A stretch of DNA of 64,000 nucleotides from an uncultured Algibacter sp. Lineage in GTDB: Bacteria; Bacteroidota; Bacteroidia; Flavobacteriales; Flavobacteriaceae. Position numbers and translations under genes: made by a program. The notes beneath the pieces are model-generated. The model worked only from the letters and a program-made list of their open reading frames with translations. It was not told where the DNA came from and searched no databases. Below are positions 56,124-64,000 of this stretch, in pieces (within the stretch, counting starts at the first letter, position 1; every line of letters begins with the position of its first letter). Location: contig CANMZT010000014.1 of assembly GCA_947502405.1 (NCBI GenBank), forward strand, positions 7,309 through 71,308. The letters are read 5' to 3'.

Positions 56124-57400
56124 TAATCTTCCTTAAACTTTTGAAATATATTTACCAATATAAAAGTAATGATAGTTGGCAAAACCCAACCTAGATTTTG
56201 ATTTGCAAAAGGAATTATTGTTTTTACCACTTTTAGATTTTCAGCAGGTATTATAAATCCTAAAAAGTCTGGAATACTAAAAATAAACGCCACTAAAACC
56301 ACCCATCTAAATACAAGTTTTGTAGCTAATTTTTCTGGAAGAACGTTTAAAATTATTAGAACTATACAAAGTGGATAAATAAACATTAAGGCTGGTAATG
56401 CAACATCAATAATGTACTTAACGTCCATTTGCCCTACCACAACACCTACTATACAGCAAAAAATAGAGGTTACTAAATACACATGCTTATAATTCTTAAA
56501 ATAGGCTTTAAAAAAATCTGCAATACTGACTACAATAGCAATAGCCGTTGTAAAACACGCTAAAGCAATCAGAACACTTAAAAAAGCTGAACCCGTATTT
56601 CCTAAAGTTTTTGTTGCTAGTCCAGAAAGTAAATCAGTTCTAGAGATATTATCACCAAACTCTCCATTATAATAAGCTCCAACAGCAATTAAACCTGTAT
56701 AAACTACAAACAATCCTATCATAGCAATAGTACCAGATTTGACAATCATTGTTTTTTTCTCAGCAAAGGACATATTATTTTTGGATCTGTTAATAGATAC
56801 CAAAACTACACCTCCCATAATTATACCTGCCATTGCATCATAAGTCTGATAACCTTCCAGCAAACCACTTATGATTGGAAACTCTAAACTTGATGGATTC
56901 ATTTGAATTACAGGTGAAAAAACACCAACAAGAATTATAGCCAGAATTATTAAAACAATTACGGGAGTTAGGTATTTACCAACTATACTTAGTACTTTAT
57001 TTCTATTCATCACAAAAACAAAAACCAAAATAAAATATATAATACTTGTAAGTAAAGAGCTTGTGCCAAAAAAAGGAGCAATTGCCATTTCGTGTGTAAC
57101 TGCCGCTGTACGAGGACACGGTAAAGCTATTGCAATAACAAACAAACTAAAACTAAAGATTAAACTAAAAATTGGTGATACTTTTTTCCCAAAGTCAAAC
57201 AAAGTGCCTTGTAATTTAGCATGCGCAAAAATAGCTAGTAAAGGAATTACAATTGCAGATATTACAAACCCTAAGGTTACCAACCACCAATCCGACCCAG
57301 ATTTAAAACCCAATAATGGCGGTAATATTAAGTTCCCAGCTCCAAAAAAGCCAGCAAATAATGCAAAACCAAATACAAAGGTTTCTTTAGTTTTATTCAT
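56120..57400 (-). CDS. brnQ: Branched-chain amino acid transport system II carrier
   Basis: GFALFAGFFGAGNLILPP, PRTAAV, GKYLTP, EGYQTYDA, LACFTTA. Confidence 0.95.
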   Translation of the reverse strand: MNKTKETFVFGFALFAGFFGAGNLILPPLLGFKSGSDWWLVTLGFVISAIVIPLLAIFAHAKLQGTLFDFGKKVSPIFSLIFSFSLFVIAIALPCPRTAAVTHEMAIAPFFGTSSLLTSIIYFILVFVFVMNRNKVLSIVGKYLTPVIVLIILAIILVGVFSPVIQMNPSSLEFPIISGLLEGYQTYDAMAGIIMGGVVLVSINRSKNNMSFAEKKTMIVKSGTIAMIGLFVVYTGLIAVGAYYNGEFGDNISRTDLLSGLATKTLGNTGSAFLSVLIALACFTTAIAIVVSIADFFKAYFKNYKHVYLVTSIFCCIVGVVVGQMDVKYIIDVALPALMFIYPLCIVLIILNVLPEKLATKLVFRWVVLVAFIFSIPDFLGFIIPAENLKVVKTIIPFANQNLGWVLPTIITFILVNIFQKFKEDY

Positions 57401-57410
57401 AGTATGAGTT

Positions 57411-57418
57411 TATCTTTG
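57411..57418 (+). promoter_or_regulatory. -7 promoter box (TATCTTTG)
   Basis: Consensus match upstream of the hydrolase. Confidence 0.65.
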
Positions 57419-57435
57419 CCTAAGATAAATTAAAA

Positions 57436-58212
57436 ATGATTTTAGAACATAAAGGAATCACTATTTTTTATAAAGATGAAGGCAATGGAGAGGCAATCGT
57501 TTTTCTTCATGGTTTTTTAGAAAATACCTCGATGTGGAAACCTTTTATCCCAGAACTATCAAAAAACAATCGTGTTATTTGCATCGATTTATTAGGGCAT
57601 GGTAAAACAGGATGCTTAGGTTACATTCATAGTATGGAACTTATGGCAGAAGCTGTTGAGGCAGTTTTAAATCATTTGAATATTAAAAAATCAATCTTTA
57701 TAGGCCACTCCATGGGTGGTTATGTTTCGCTAGCTTTCGCTGAAAAAAACCAAGACGCGGTAAAGGGGCTATGTCTTATGAACTCAACACCCCAAGAAGA
57801 CACTCTGGAAAAGAAAAAGAACAGAGACCGAGCTATTATTGCTGTAAAGCAAAATCATAAAACCTTTATTAGGATGGCTGTTGCTAATTTATTTAGTCCA
57901 GCAAATAGAACTATTTTAAAAAATGAAATAAAGAACACTACTGAAGCTGCTTTAAAAACTCCGCTTCAGGGCATTATAGCTGCTCTAGAAGGCATGAAAA
58001 CTAGAAAAGATAGACTAAAAATTCTAAAAAACTCAACGTTTAAGAAAATGATTATTGTAGGTAGAAAAGATCCTGTTTTAGATTATAAAAATTTAATTTC
58101 ATTAATTAAACCTACTAAAGTAAATCTAATTGAATTTCCAGATGGACACATGAGTCATATTGAAAATAAAGATGAATTCCTACAACAAATAATGTATTTC
58201 ATCGAAAAATAA
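57436..58212 (+). CDS. Alpha/beta fold hydrolase
   Basis: FLHGFLE, IDLLGHG, GHSMGG nucleophile, D and GHMSH. Confidence 0.93.
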   Translation: MILEHKGITIFYKDEGNGEAIVFLHGFLENTSMWKPFIPELSKNNRVICIDLLGHGKTGCLGYIHSMELMAEAVEAVLNHLNIKKSIFIGHSMGGYVSLAFAEKNQDAVKGLCLMNSTPQEDTLEKKKNRDRAIIAVKQNHKTFIRMAVANLFSPANRTILKNEIKNTTEAALKTPLQGIIAALEGMKTRKDRLKILKNSTFKKMIIVGRKDPVLDYKNLISLIKPTKVNLIEFPDGHMSHIENKDEFLQQIMYFIEK

Positions 58213-58272
58213 TTGCTTTTTATCGATTTATTAAATTATTTTTTTACTTTTAAGCTCCCAAATGATTAGATC

Positions 58273-58539
58273 ATGAAAAAACCTACTAACAAACCTACTC
58301 TTATTCCAAGAATGTATTGCAATCTTTTTGGGCATGATTTTGAAGTTACTAAAAAGGTAACTTATCATGTAAAAGAGTACACCTGTAGACATTGCAAAAA
58401 AGAATTAACTACCAATAGCAATGGAAAGCTTACCGAGCTTACTCCAAAATTTAAAGAGATTAATGCCATCTTAGAGCGTATTCACGCTTCCAGAACCGAA
58501 CGTTTAAAGAAAAAAAGTGTCGCTTCGTCGATTTATTAA
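58273..58539 (+). CDS. Small zinc-finger-like protein (DUF1660-like), paralogue 1
   Basis: CNLFGH...YTCRHC. Confidence 0.7.
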   Translation: MKKPTNKPTLIPRMYCNLFGHDFEVTKKVTYHVKEYTCRHCKKELTTNSNGKLTELTPKFKEINAILERIHASRTERLKKKSVASSIY

Positions 58540-58613
58540 CTACTTGTTAACATAATTAACTTGTTTTTAATATTTTTAGGCGTCTCTCTTAAATTTATTA
58601 ATAAGCAAACAAA

Positions 58614-58874
58614 ATGAAAAGCATTCATTGTATGGTGTTTGGGCACAATTTTAAAGTTACCAGACAAGTTACTTATCATGTTCAAGAATACACTTGTAAA
58701 AACTGTAAAAAAGAACTCACTACAAACAGTAACGGAAACTTAATAGAACTTACACCAAAATTTAAAGAGATTAATGACGTTCTTGAGCGAATTCATCACA
58801 AACGTTTAGTAAGAATGAACAAGAGAAAAAAGCTCAGCAGAACTCAACCAAAACCTAAGTTAATGATTGCTTAG
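58614..58874 (+). CDS. Small zinc-finger-like protein (DUF1660-like), paralogue 2
   Basis: CMVFGH...YTCKNC; long blocks identical to paralogue 1. Confidence 0.7.
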   Translation: MKSIHCMVFGHNFKVTRQVTYHVQEYTCKNCKKELTTNSNGNLIELTPKFKEINDVLERIHHKRLVRMNKRKKLSRTQPKPKLMIA

Positions 58875-59917
58875 TCATTAAAATTCTTCCAACCTTGAGC
58901 TTTGATGGGTATTCTCGTATCTGCTCTAGTCACAAGATGTAATCCTTCTTTTTCTTCCTTTATATAACCAATAACTGAAAGGTTAGGATTTGCTTTTATT
59001 TTTGGAAAATCATCTTGAGAAACTGTAAATAAAAGTTCGTAATCTTCACCTCCATTTAAAGCCACTGTAGTACTATCAATTTTAAATTCTTCACAGGTAG
59101 AAATAACTTGTGGGTCTAATGGAATTTTATTTTCGTACAAATCACAACCTACCTTACTCTGCTTACATAGATGTATTATTTCTGAAGATAAGCCATCACT
59201 AACATCAATCATGGACGTGGGTTTAACTTCTAAATCTGTTAATAATTTAACAATATCCTTTCTCGCTTCAGGTTTAAGCTGTCTTTCAACAATATAAGTA
59301 TAAGGTTCTAAATCTGGTTGACTATTAGGATTTACTTTATAAACCTCTTTTTCACGCTCTAAAACTTGCAAACCCATGTAAGCCGCTCCTAAATCTCCAG
59401 ATACTACTAATAAATCATTAGGTTTTGCACCACTTCTATATACTTCATTTTCAGGTTTCACCTCTCCAATAGCAGTGACAGAAATAAGCAATCCTTTATT
59501 TGAAGATGTGGTATCGCCTCCAACCACATCAATAGCATAAATACTTGCAGCCGTTTCAATTCCAGCATATAAATCTTCTAAAGCTTCCAAAGGAAATCTA
59601 TTAGATACTGCAATTGAAACTGTTACCTGTGTTGCTTTAGCATTCATCGCATAAACATCAGATAAATTTACAACTATCGCTTTATAGCCCAAATGCTTTA
59701 AAGGCATATAACTTAAATCAAAATGCACACCTTCAACTAATAAATCAGTAGACACAACAATGCGTTTATCTTCAAAATTTAAAACTGCAGCGTCATCACC
59801 AATCCCTTTAATTGTTGATTTTTGCTTTATTTCAAAATTTTTTGTCAAATGTTCTATTAATCCAAATTCACCTAAATCACTTAACTGTGTACTTTGCTGG
59901 TTTTTATCTTCTATCAT
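58871..59917 (-). CDS. thiL: Thiamine-monophosphate kinase
   Basis: GEFGLI, GIGDDAAV, DLLVEGVHF, NLSDVYAM, IDVSDGL, GGEDYELLFT. Confidence 0.97.
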   Translation of the reverse strand: MIEDKNQQSTQLSDLGEFGLIEHLTKNFEIKQKSTIKGIGDDAAVLNFEDKRIVVSTDLLVEGVHFDLSYMPLKHLGYKAIVVNLSDVYAMNAKATQVTVSIAVSNRFPLEALEDLYAGIETAASIYAIDVVGGDTTSSNKGLLISVTAIGEVKPENEVYRSGAKPNDLLVVSGDLGAAYMGLQVLEREKEVYKVNPNSQPDLEPYTYIVERQLKPEARKDIVKLLTDLEVKPTSMIDVSDGLSSEIIHLCKQSKVGCDLYENKIPLDPQVISTCEEFKIDSTTVALNGGEDYELLFTVSQDDFPKIKANPNLSVIGYIKEEKEGLHLVTRADTRIPIKAQGWKNFND

Positions 59918-59921
59918 GCTG

Positions 59922-59929
59922 CAAAAATA
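59922..59929 (-). promoter_or_regulatory. -7 promoter box (TATTTTTG) for thiL
   Basis: Consensus match almost adjacent to the start codon (very short leader). Confidence 0.5.
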
Positions 59930-60000
59930 AGAAGCTAATTTTGTTTTTACTATCTTTATACTAAAACTAAACCTATTTAGTTATAACAATAAATCTTTCT

Positions 60001-61491
60001 ATGAAACTTTTAAGAATTTCTTACGCCTTTTTCTTGGCGTGCTCTATTATTTTTTTTTCACAATCTTGTAATGATGAACCTGTAGAAATTATACCTGTCG
60101 TAGATTCTGATAATGATGGTATTGAAGAAAGCATTGACAACTGTGCTACAATTTCGAATACTGATCAAAGTGATAATGATAATGACGGCATTGGAGATGT
60201 TTGTGACGATGATGATGATAACGATGGTGTTTTAGATATAAATGATAATTGCCCAACTATTGCAAATCCAGACCAAGAAGATGAGGATGGGGATGGTATT
60301 GGTGATACTTGTGATGATGATTCTGTAGACCCTAATGCTCCTTTAGCAATTTGTGAAAATGGTTTTGCAGATGGATACCCATGTAATGATTATGATCTTA
60401 TGGCTCAAATTCCACTAAATGTTTTTGGTGCTGCTGAAGGTAATGATTGCTGGGGATGGACTGATGAAACTACTGGAAGAGAATATGCTTTAATGGCTAC
60501 AACTCATAACACATCTTTTGTTGATATAACTAAACCAAATGAGCCTATTTACTTAGGAAAACTACCAACAGCTACAACTACTAGTCCTTGGCGTGATGTT
60601 AAGGTTTACAAAAATCATGCTTTTATTGTCGCTGATTGTAGTTTGGGGAGAGATCCTACATGTAATGACGACCATGGCATGCAAGTTTTTGATTTAACAC
60701 GTTTAAGAAACGTTCAAAACCCGCCAGAAACATTTACCGCAGATACACGTTTTACAGGATTTGGTAAAGCACATAATATTGTTATTAATGAAGATAGCGG
60801 ATATGCATATATAGTTGGCGCTAATAGAAATTCAACTTATAGCGGTGGTCCAATATTCATAAATATTCAAGACCCTAAAAACCCTGTTGCGGAGGGTGGT
60901 TTTAGCCAAGGCGGATATTCCCACGATGCACAAGTGGTTACATATAATGGACCTGATACTGATTATACTGGTAAAGAAATTTTAATTGGCAGTAATGAAG
61001 ACGAAGTAGTTATAGCTGATGTAACAGATAAGGCTAATCCAACAATCATATCTACTATTAGCTATAATAACGTAGAGTATGCACATCAAGGTTGGTTTAC
61101 CGATGATATGAAATATTTTATTTTAGGTGATGAACTTGATGAAATAAGAGCAGGAAATAATACGAGAACTATTGTATTTGATTTCACAGATTTAGATAAC
61201 CCTGCTTTTCATTTTAATTATTTTGGCACAAGTGTAGCTATAGATCATAATGGATATGTAAAAGGAAACACATATTACTTTGCAAGTTACAGGGCTGGTG
61301 TGCGTATGTTAGATATATCTCAAATAGATTCAAAATCTGCCACTGAAATTGGATTTTTCGATACCTATCCAAAGGATAATGTTACAGAATTTAATGGCGC
61401 TTGGAATATATATCCATATTTCCCGAGCGGAAACATTATAGTAAGCGATATTGAAAGAGGGTTATTCATCATCAGAAAAAGTGGCACTTAA
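60001..61491 (+). CDS. Choice-of-anchor B family lipoprotein with thrombospondin type-3 repeats
   Basis: Lipobox SQSC; DxDNDG...DNC...N.DQ.D.D.DG.GD.CD repeats; [41 protein letters not shown]. Confidence 0.88.
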   Translation: MKLLRISYAFFLACSIIFFSQSCNDEPVEIIPVVDSDNDGIEESIDNCATISNTDQSDNDNDGIGDVCDDDDDNDGVLDINDNCPTIANPDQEDEDGDGIGDTCDDDSVDPNAPLAICENGFADGYPCNDYDLMAQIPLNVFGAAEGNDCWGWTDETTGREYALMATTHNTSFVDITKPNEPIYLGKLPTATTTSPWRDVKVYKNHAFIVADCSLGRDPTCNDDHGMQVFDLTRLRNVQNPPETFTADTRFTGFGKAHNIVINEDSGYAYIVGANRNSTYSGGPIFINIQDPKNPVAEGGFSQGGYSHDAQVVTYNGPDTDYTGKEILIGSNEDEVVIADVTDKANPTIISTISYNNVEYAHQGWFTDDMKYFILGDELDEIRAGNNTRTIVFDFTDLDNPAFHFNYFGTSVAIDHNGYVKGNTYYFASYRAGVRMLDISQIDSKSATEIGFFDTYPKDNVTEFNGAWNIYPYFPSGNIIVSDIERGLFIIRKSGT

Positions 61492-61511
61492 ATTTTAAAA
61501 CATCAAACCAT

Positions 61512-62864
61512 TTGAAAACCTTTAGAGTCGCCCCTTATCTCGTATGCATCAGCCTAATCCTTTTTAATTGTTCTAAAAAAGATGATGGTAAGTCTCATAC
61601 ACCAAAATCAGTAAACGTTGCATTTATAAAAGCTATTGGTGGTTCTAAAAATGAAAGTGCAAAATCCATTATCAATACAACAGACGGAGGTTATGCTATT
61701 TTAGGGCACACCCAAAGTATGGATGGAGATGTTTCTGGTAAATCCAATGAATCATTTGATTTATGGCTACTTAAATACGACTCCAATCATTTTTTACAGT
61801 GGCAAAAAACATATGGAGGAACTGATGACGACCGTGGAAATGATTTATTACAAACTTCAGATGACGGTTATGTTATATCTGGCTACAGTAAAAGTAACAA
61901 TCAAGATGTTTCTGAAAACAATGGTGCTCATGACTTCTGGGTTTCTAAGTTAGACAATTCTGGAACTATTATTTGGGAAAAATCTTATGGATTCTTAGGA
62001 GCAGACATCTGTAATTCAATTATTCAGACTAATGATGGCGGATTCTTATTAACAGGTGTTTTAGATGTTTCAGCTTCCAACGGAGAAGGTAATAGTAAAA
62101 ACAGCAAATCAAAACTTTTTGCTCGACATGCAGGTGGTGATTATTGGGTAATAAAAATAGATGCATCAGGCGAAAAAGAGTGGAGTAAATTTTTTGGAGG
62201 CACTTTTACAGATACCCCATACGATGCTATTCAAACTCAAGATAATGGTTATATATTAATTGGTTCATCTGATAGTGACGATGTAGATATTTCTAACAAA
62301 AAAGGCTCTTATGACTTTTGGGTCGTAAAAATTTCTGAAACTGGAACACTGGTTTGGGAAAAATCTTTTGGAGGCTCGCAAACAGATGAAGCTTGGGCCA
62401 TTACAAATACAGATGACAATAATTTTATCATCGTAGGGGATACTAGAAGTAACGACTTGGACGTTTCAATAGACCATGGTGCTGCTGATTTATGGTGCAT
62501 TAAAATATCATCTTCAGGAGATTTACTTTGGGAAAAATCTTTTGGAGGAAATAGTTTTGATGTAGCGCGTTCCATCTCTAAAACTCAAGATGGTGGCTTT
62601 ATTATTTCTGGAAGTTCTAGAAGTGTAAATAATGATTTAACTAACAATAATGGACAGAATGATGCGTGGGTTTTAAAAATTAATAATAATGGTAAACTCC
62701 TATGGCAAAAAAGTATAGGTGGATCAGAAATTGATTTTGCCTATGATGCCGTGGAACTGAACAATAAAAGCATAGTTGTAGTTGGAGAATCCAGCAGCTC
62801 AAACATAGATATTTCAACTAATAAAGGATTTTCAGATTTACTGATTTTCAAAATAGACCCTTAA
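61512..62864 (+). CDS. Lipoprotein with seven W.K..GG...D repeats (probable beta-propeller)
   Basis: Lipobox LFNC; repeats such as WQKTYGGTDDD, WEKSFGGSQTD, WEKSFGGNSFD; TTG start. Confidence 0.75.
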   Translation: MKTFRVAPYLVCISLILFNCSKKDDGKSHTPKSVNVAFIKAIGGSKNESAKSIINTTDGGYAILGHTQSMDGDVSGKSNESFDLWLLKYDSNHFLQWQKTYGGTDDDRGNDLLQTSDDGYVISGYSKSNNQDVSENNGAHDFWVSKLDNSGTIIWEKSYGFLGADICNSIIQTNDGGFLLTGVLDVSASNGEGNSKNSKSKLFARHAGGDYWVIKIDASGEKEWSKFFGGTFTDTPYDAIQTQDNGYILIGSSDSDDVDISNKKGSYDFWVVKISETGTLVWEKSFGGSQTDEAWAITNTDDNNFIIVGDTRSNDLDVSIDHGAADLWCIKISSSGDLLWEKSFGGNSFDVARSISKTQDGGFIISGSSRSVNNDLTNNNGQNDAWVLKINNNGKLLWQKSIGGSEIDFAYDAVELNNKSIVVVGESSSSNIDISTNKGFSDLLIFKIDP

Positions 62865-62865
62865 A

Positions 62866-63633
62866 ATGAAAAATATACTCTCCCTTTTACTAATTACTTT
62901 TTTCACATTAATCTCTTGTGGTGAAGACAACGAAAACGACACATCTCAAACTAACATAACTTTTAATTTTAGTCACACATGGGATGGTACTGCAGTGACT
63001 AATGCTGACTTTAATGATATTAAATTCACTAATGAAAATGGTGACAAACTTAGTATAGAACGCCTTCGATATCTTATTTCTAGAATTACTTTTACATCAA
63101 ATAGTAATGAAAAACTGGTATTAAATGGTTACAACTTAATAGATGTAACTAATAATCAGAATTTATCAATTACGTCATCAGCCTTTATACCTCAAGGTAA
63201 TTATCGTGATTTGTCTTTTACTTTTGGCTTTACCAATGAAGATAATAGCGGTAATTATGAAGATTTAAACTCTGCCTCTTGGTTTGTTCCTGAAATGCTT
63301 GGTGGCGGATACCATTACATGCAAATGGATGGTAAATTTATCAATAATGCAGATGAAGAACAGGGTTATAATTATCATTCTATCAGAGCAGCTGACAACC
63401 CTGGAGACAACCCAACATTTCCTCAAGACACCTTTTTTAATGTAAGTCTTGGAGAAGTTACCGTTACAAATAATGCTAAATTTAATATTGAAATGAACAT
63501 TGCTGAATGGTTTAAAAACCCAAATAGATGGGATTTGAATGTTTTAAACCAAATGTTAATGCCAAATTCTGATGCACAAATCAAAATGTATGAAAATGGG
63601 CAAAATGTATTCAGTTTAAAATCTGGTGATTAA
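62866..63633 (+). CDS. MbnP family lipoprotein
   Basis: Lipobox LISC; LRYLIS, SW...GGGYHYMQMDG, NIAEWF.NP..WDL; directly upstream of an MbnH-like gene. Confidence 0.75.
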   Translation: MKNILSLLLITFFTLISCGEDNENDTSQTNITFNFSHTWDGTAVTNADFNDIKFTNENGDKLSIERLRYLISRITFTSNSNEKLVLNGYNLIDVTNNQNLSITSSAFIPQGNYRDLSFTFGFTNEDNSGNYEDLNSASWFVPEMLGGGYHYMQMDGKFINNADEEQGYNYHSIRAADNPGDNPTFPQDTFFNVSLGEVTVTNNAKFNIEMNIAEWFKNPNRWDLNVLNQMLMPNSDAQIKMYENGQNVFSLKSGD

Positions 63634-63642
63634 AAGGTTGTT

Positions 63643-64000
63643 TTGAGACTTAGGAAATTATTACATATCACATTTATAATTATCGTTTGTTTTTCTTGTG
63701 AAAGCGAAACTGTTAATACGTATAAAAACACGCCTAGTCCACTTGAAATTCCTAAACTTTTTCAAGAGAATATACTTGCACCTATAGTTCCTATTGATAA
63801 CCCACAAACGGAAGAAGGTATTGCACTTGGTAAAAAGTTATTTTTCGACCCCATTTTATCCTCAAATAACACACAAGCTTGTGCAGATTGTCATGCGCCT
63901 GAAAATGCATTTACTGATAGCGACAGATTTAGTGATGGTGTGGAAGGCTTTTTTGGAAATAGAAACTCGATGCCACTGTTCAACTTAGCATGGAATTATG
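63643..64000 (+). CDS. MbnH/MauG-like cytochrome c peroxidase, N-terminal part (runs off the window)
   Basis: TTG start; MRLRK...CFSC...DNPQTEEGIALGKKLFFDPILS.NNTQACADCH...RNSMPLFNLAWN; CxxCH; not in the ORF track. Confidence 0.9.
   Translation, partial: MRLRKLLHITFIIIVCFSCESETVNTYKNTPSPLEIPKLFQENILAPIVPIDNPQTEEGIALGKKLFFDPILSSNNTQACADCHAPENAFTDSDRFSDGVEGFFGNRNSMPLFNLAWNY

Noticed and set aside
58273-58874. Prophage remnant
   Set aside because: No integrase, att sites or structural phage genes; flanked by housekeeping genes
60100-60330. GAT/GAC-rich low-complexity DNA as a tandem repeat element
   Set aside because: Explained by Asp-rich thrombospondin type-3 repeats in the protein
1-64000. 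tRNA, rRNA, tmRNA, IS transposase or integrase
   Set aside because: No cloverleaf, rRNA-like stretch or DDE/tyrosine/serine recombinase motif was seen by eye; a covariance-model scan would be needed to exclude short RNAs fully

Overview
AT-rich chromosomal window from a Flavobacteriaceae (Bacteroidota) bacterium. The evidence is gldD/gldE, a T9SS cargo protein, a Bacteroidota-type sdhCAB operon and many TAnnTTTG -7 promoter boxes. Most of it is housekeeping: partial truB, tag, aat, greA, arfB, ahcY, rplU-rpmA, ssb, mutY, HU, bS22, RNase E/G, xth, sdhCAB, pepP, lysC, brnQ and thiL. I saw no tRNA, rRNA, CRISPR array, transposase or integrase. The most notable items are: (1) a three-gene cassette at 34.9-38.7 kb encoding a lipoprotein with a C-terminal AHH-type nuclease, an abutting immunity-like gene and a secreted ExbD-like protein, a candidate lipoprotein-anchored polymorphic toxin system; (2) a tightly coupled operon of thiamine-binding protein, PnuC, a stand-alone NadR-type kinase and DUF4301 (nucleotidyltransferase-like motifs) next to a TPP-riboswitch-controlled TonB-dependent receptor, a candidate uncharacterised vitamin salvage pathway; (3) several nested families of small palindromic repeats, one read in frame inside a signal peptide and one forming a 45/47-nt direct repeat around an accessory cassette; (4) an MbnP-MbnH-like operon at the right edge. 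All family assignments come from motif recognition without database searches.
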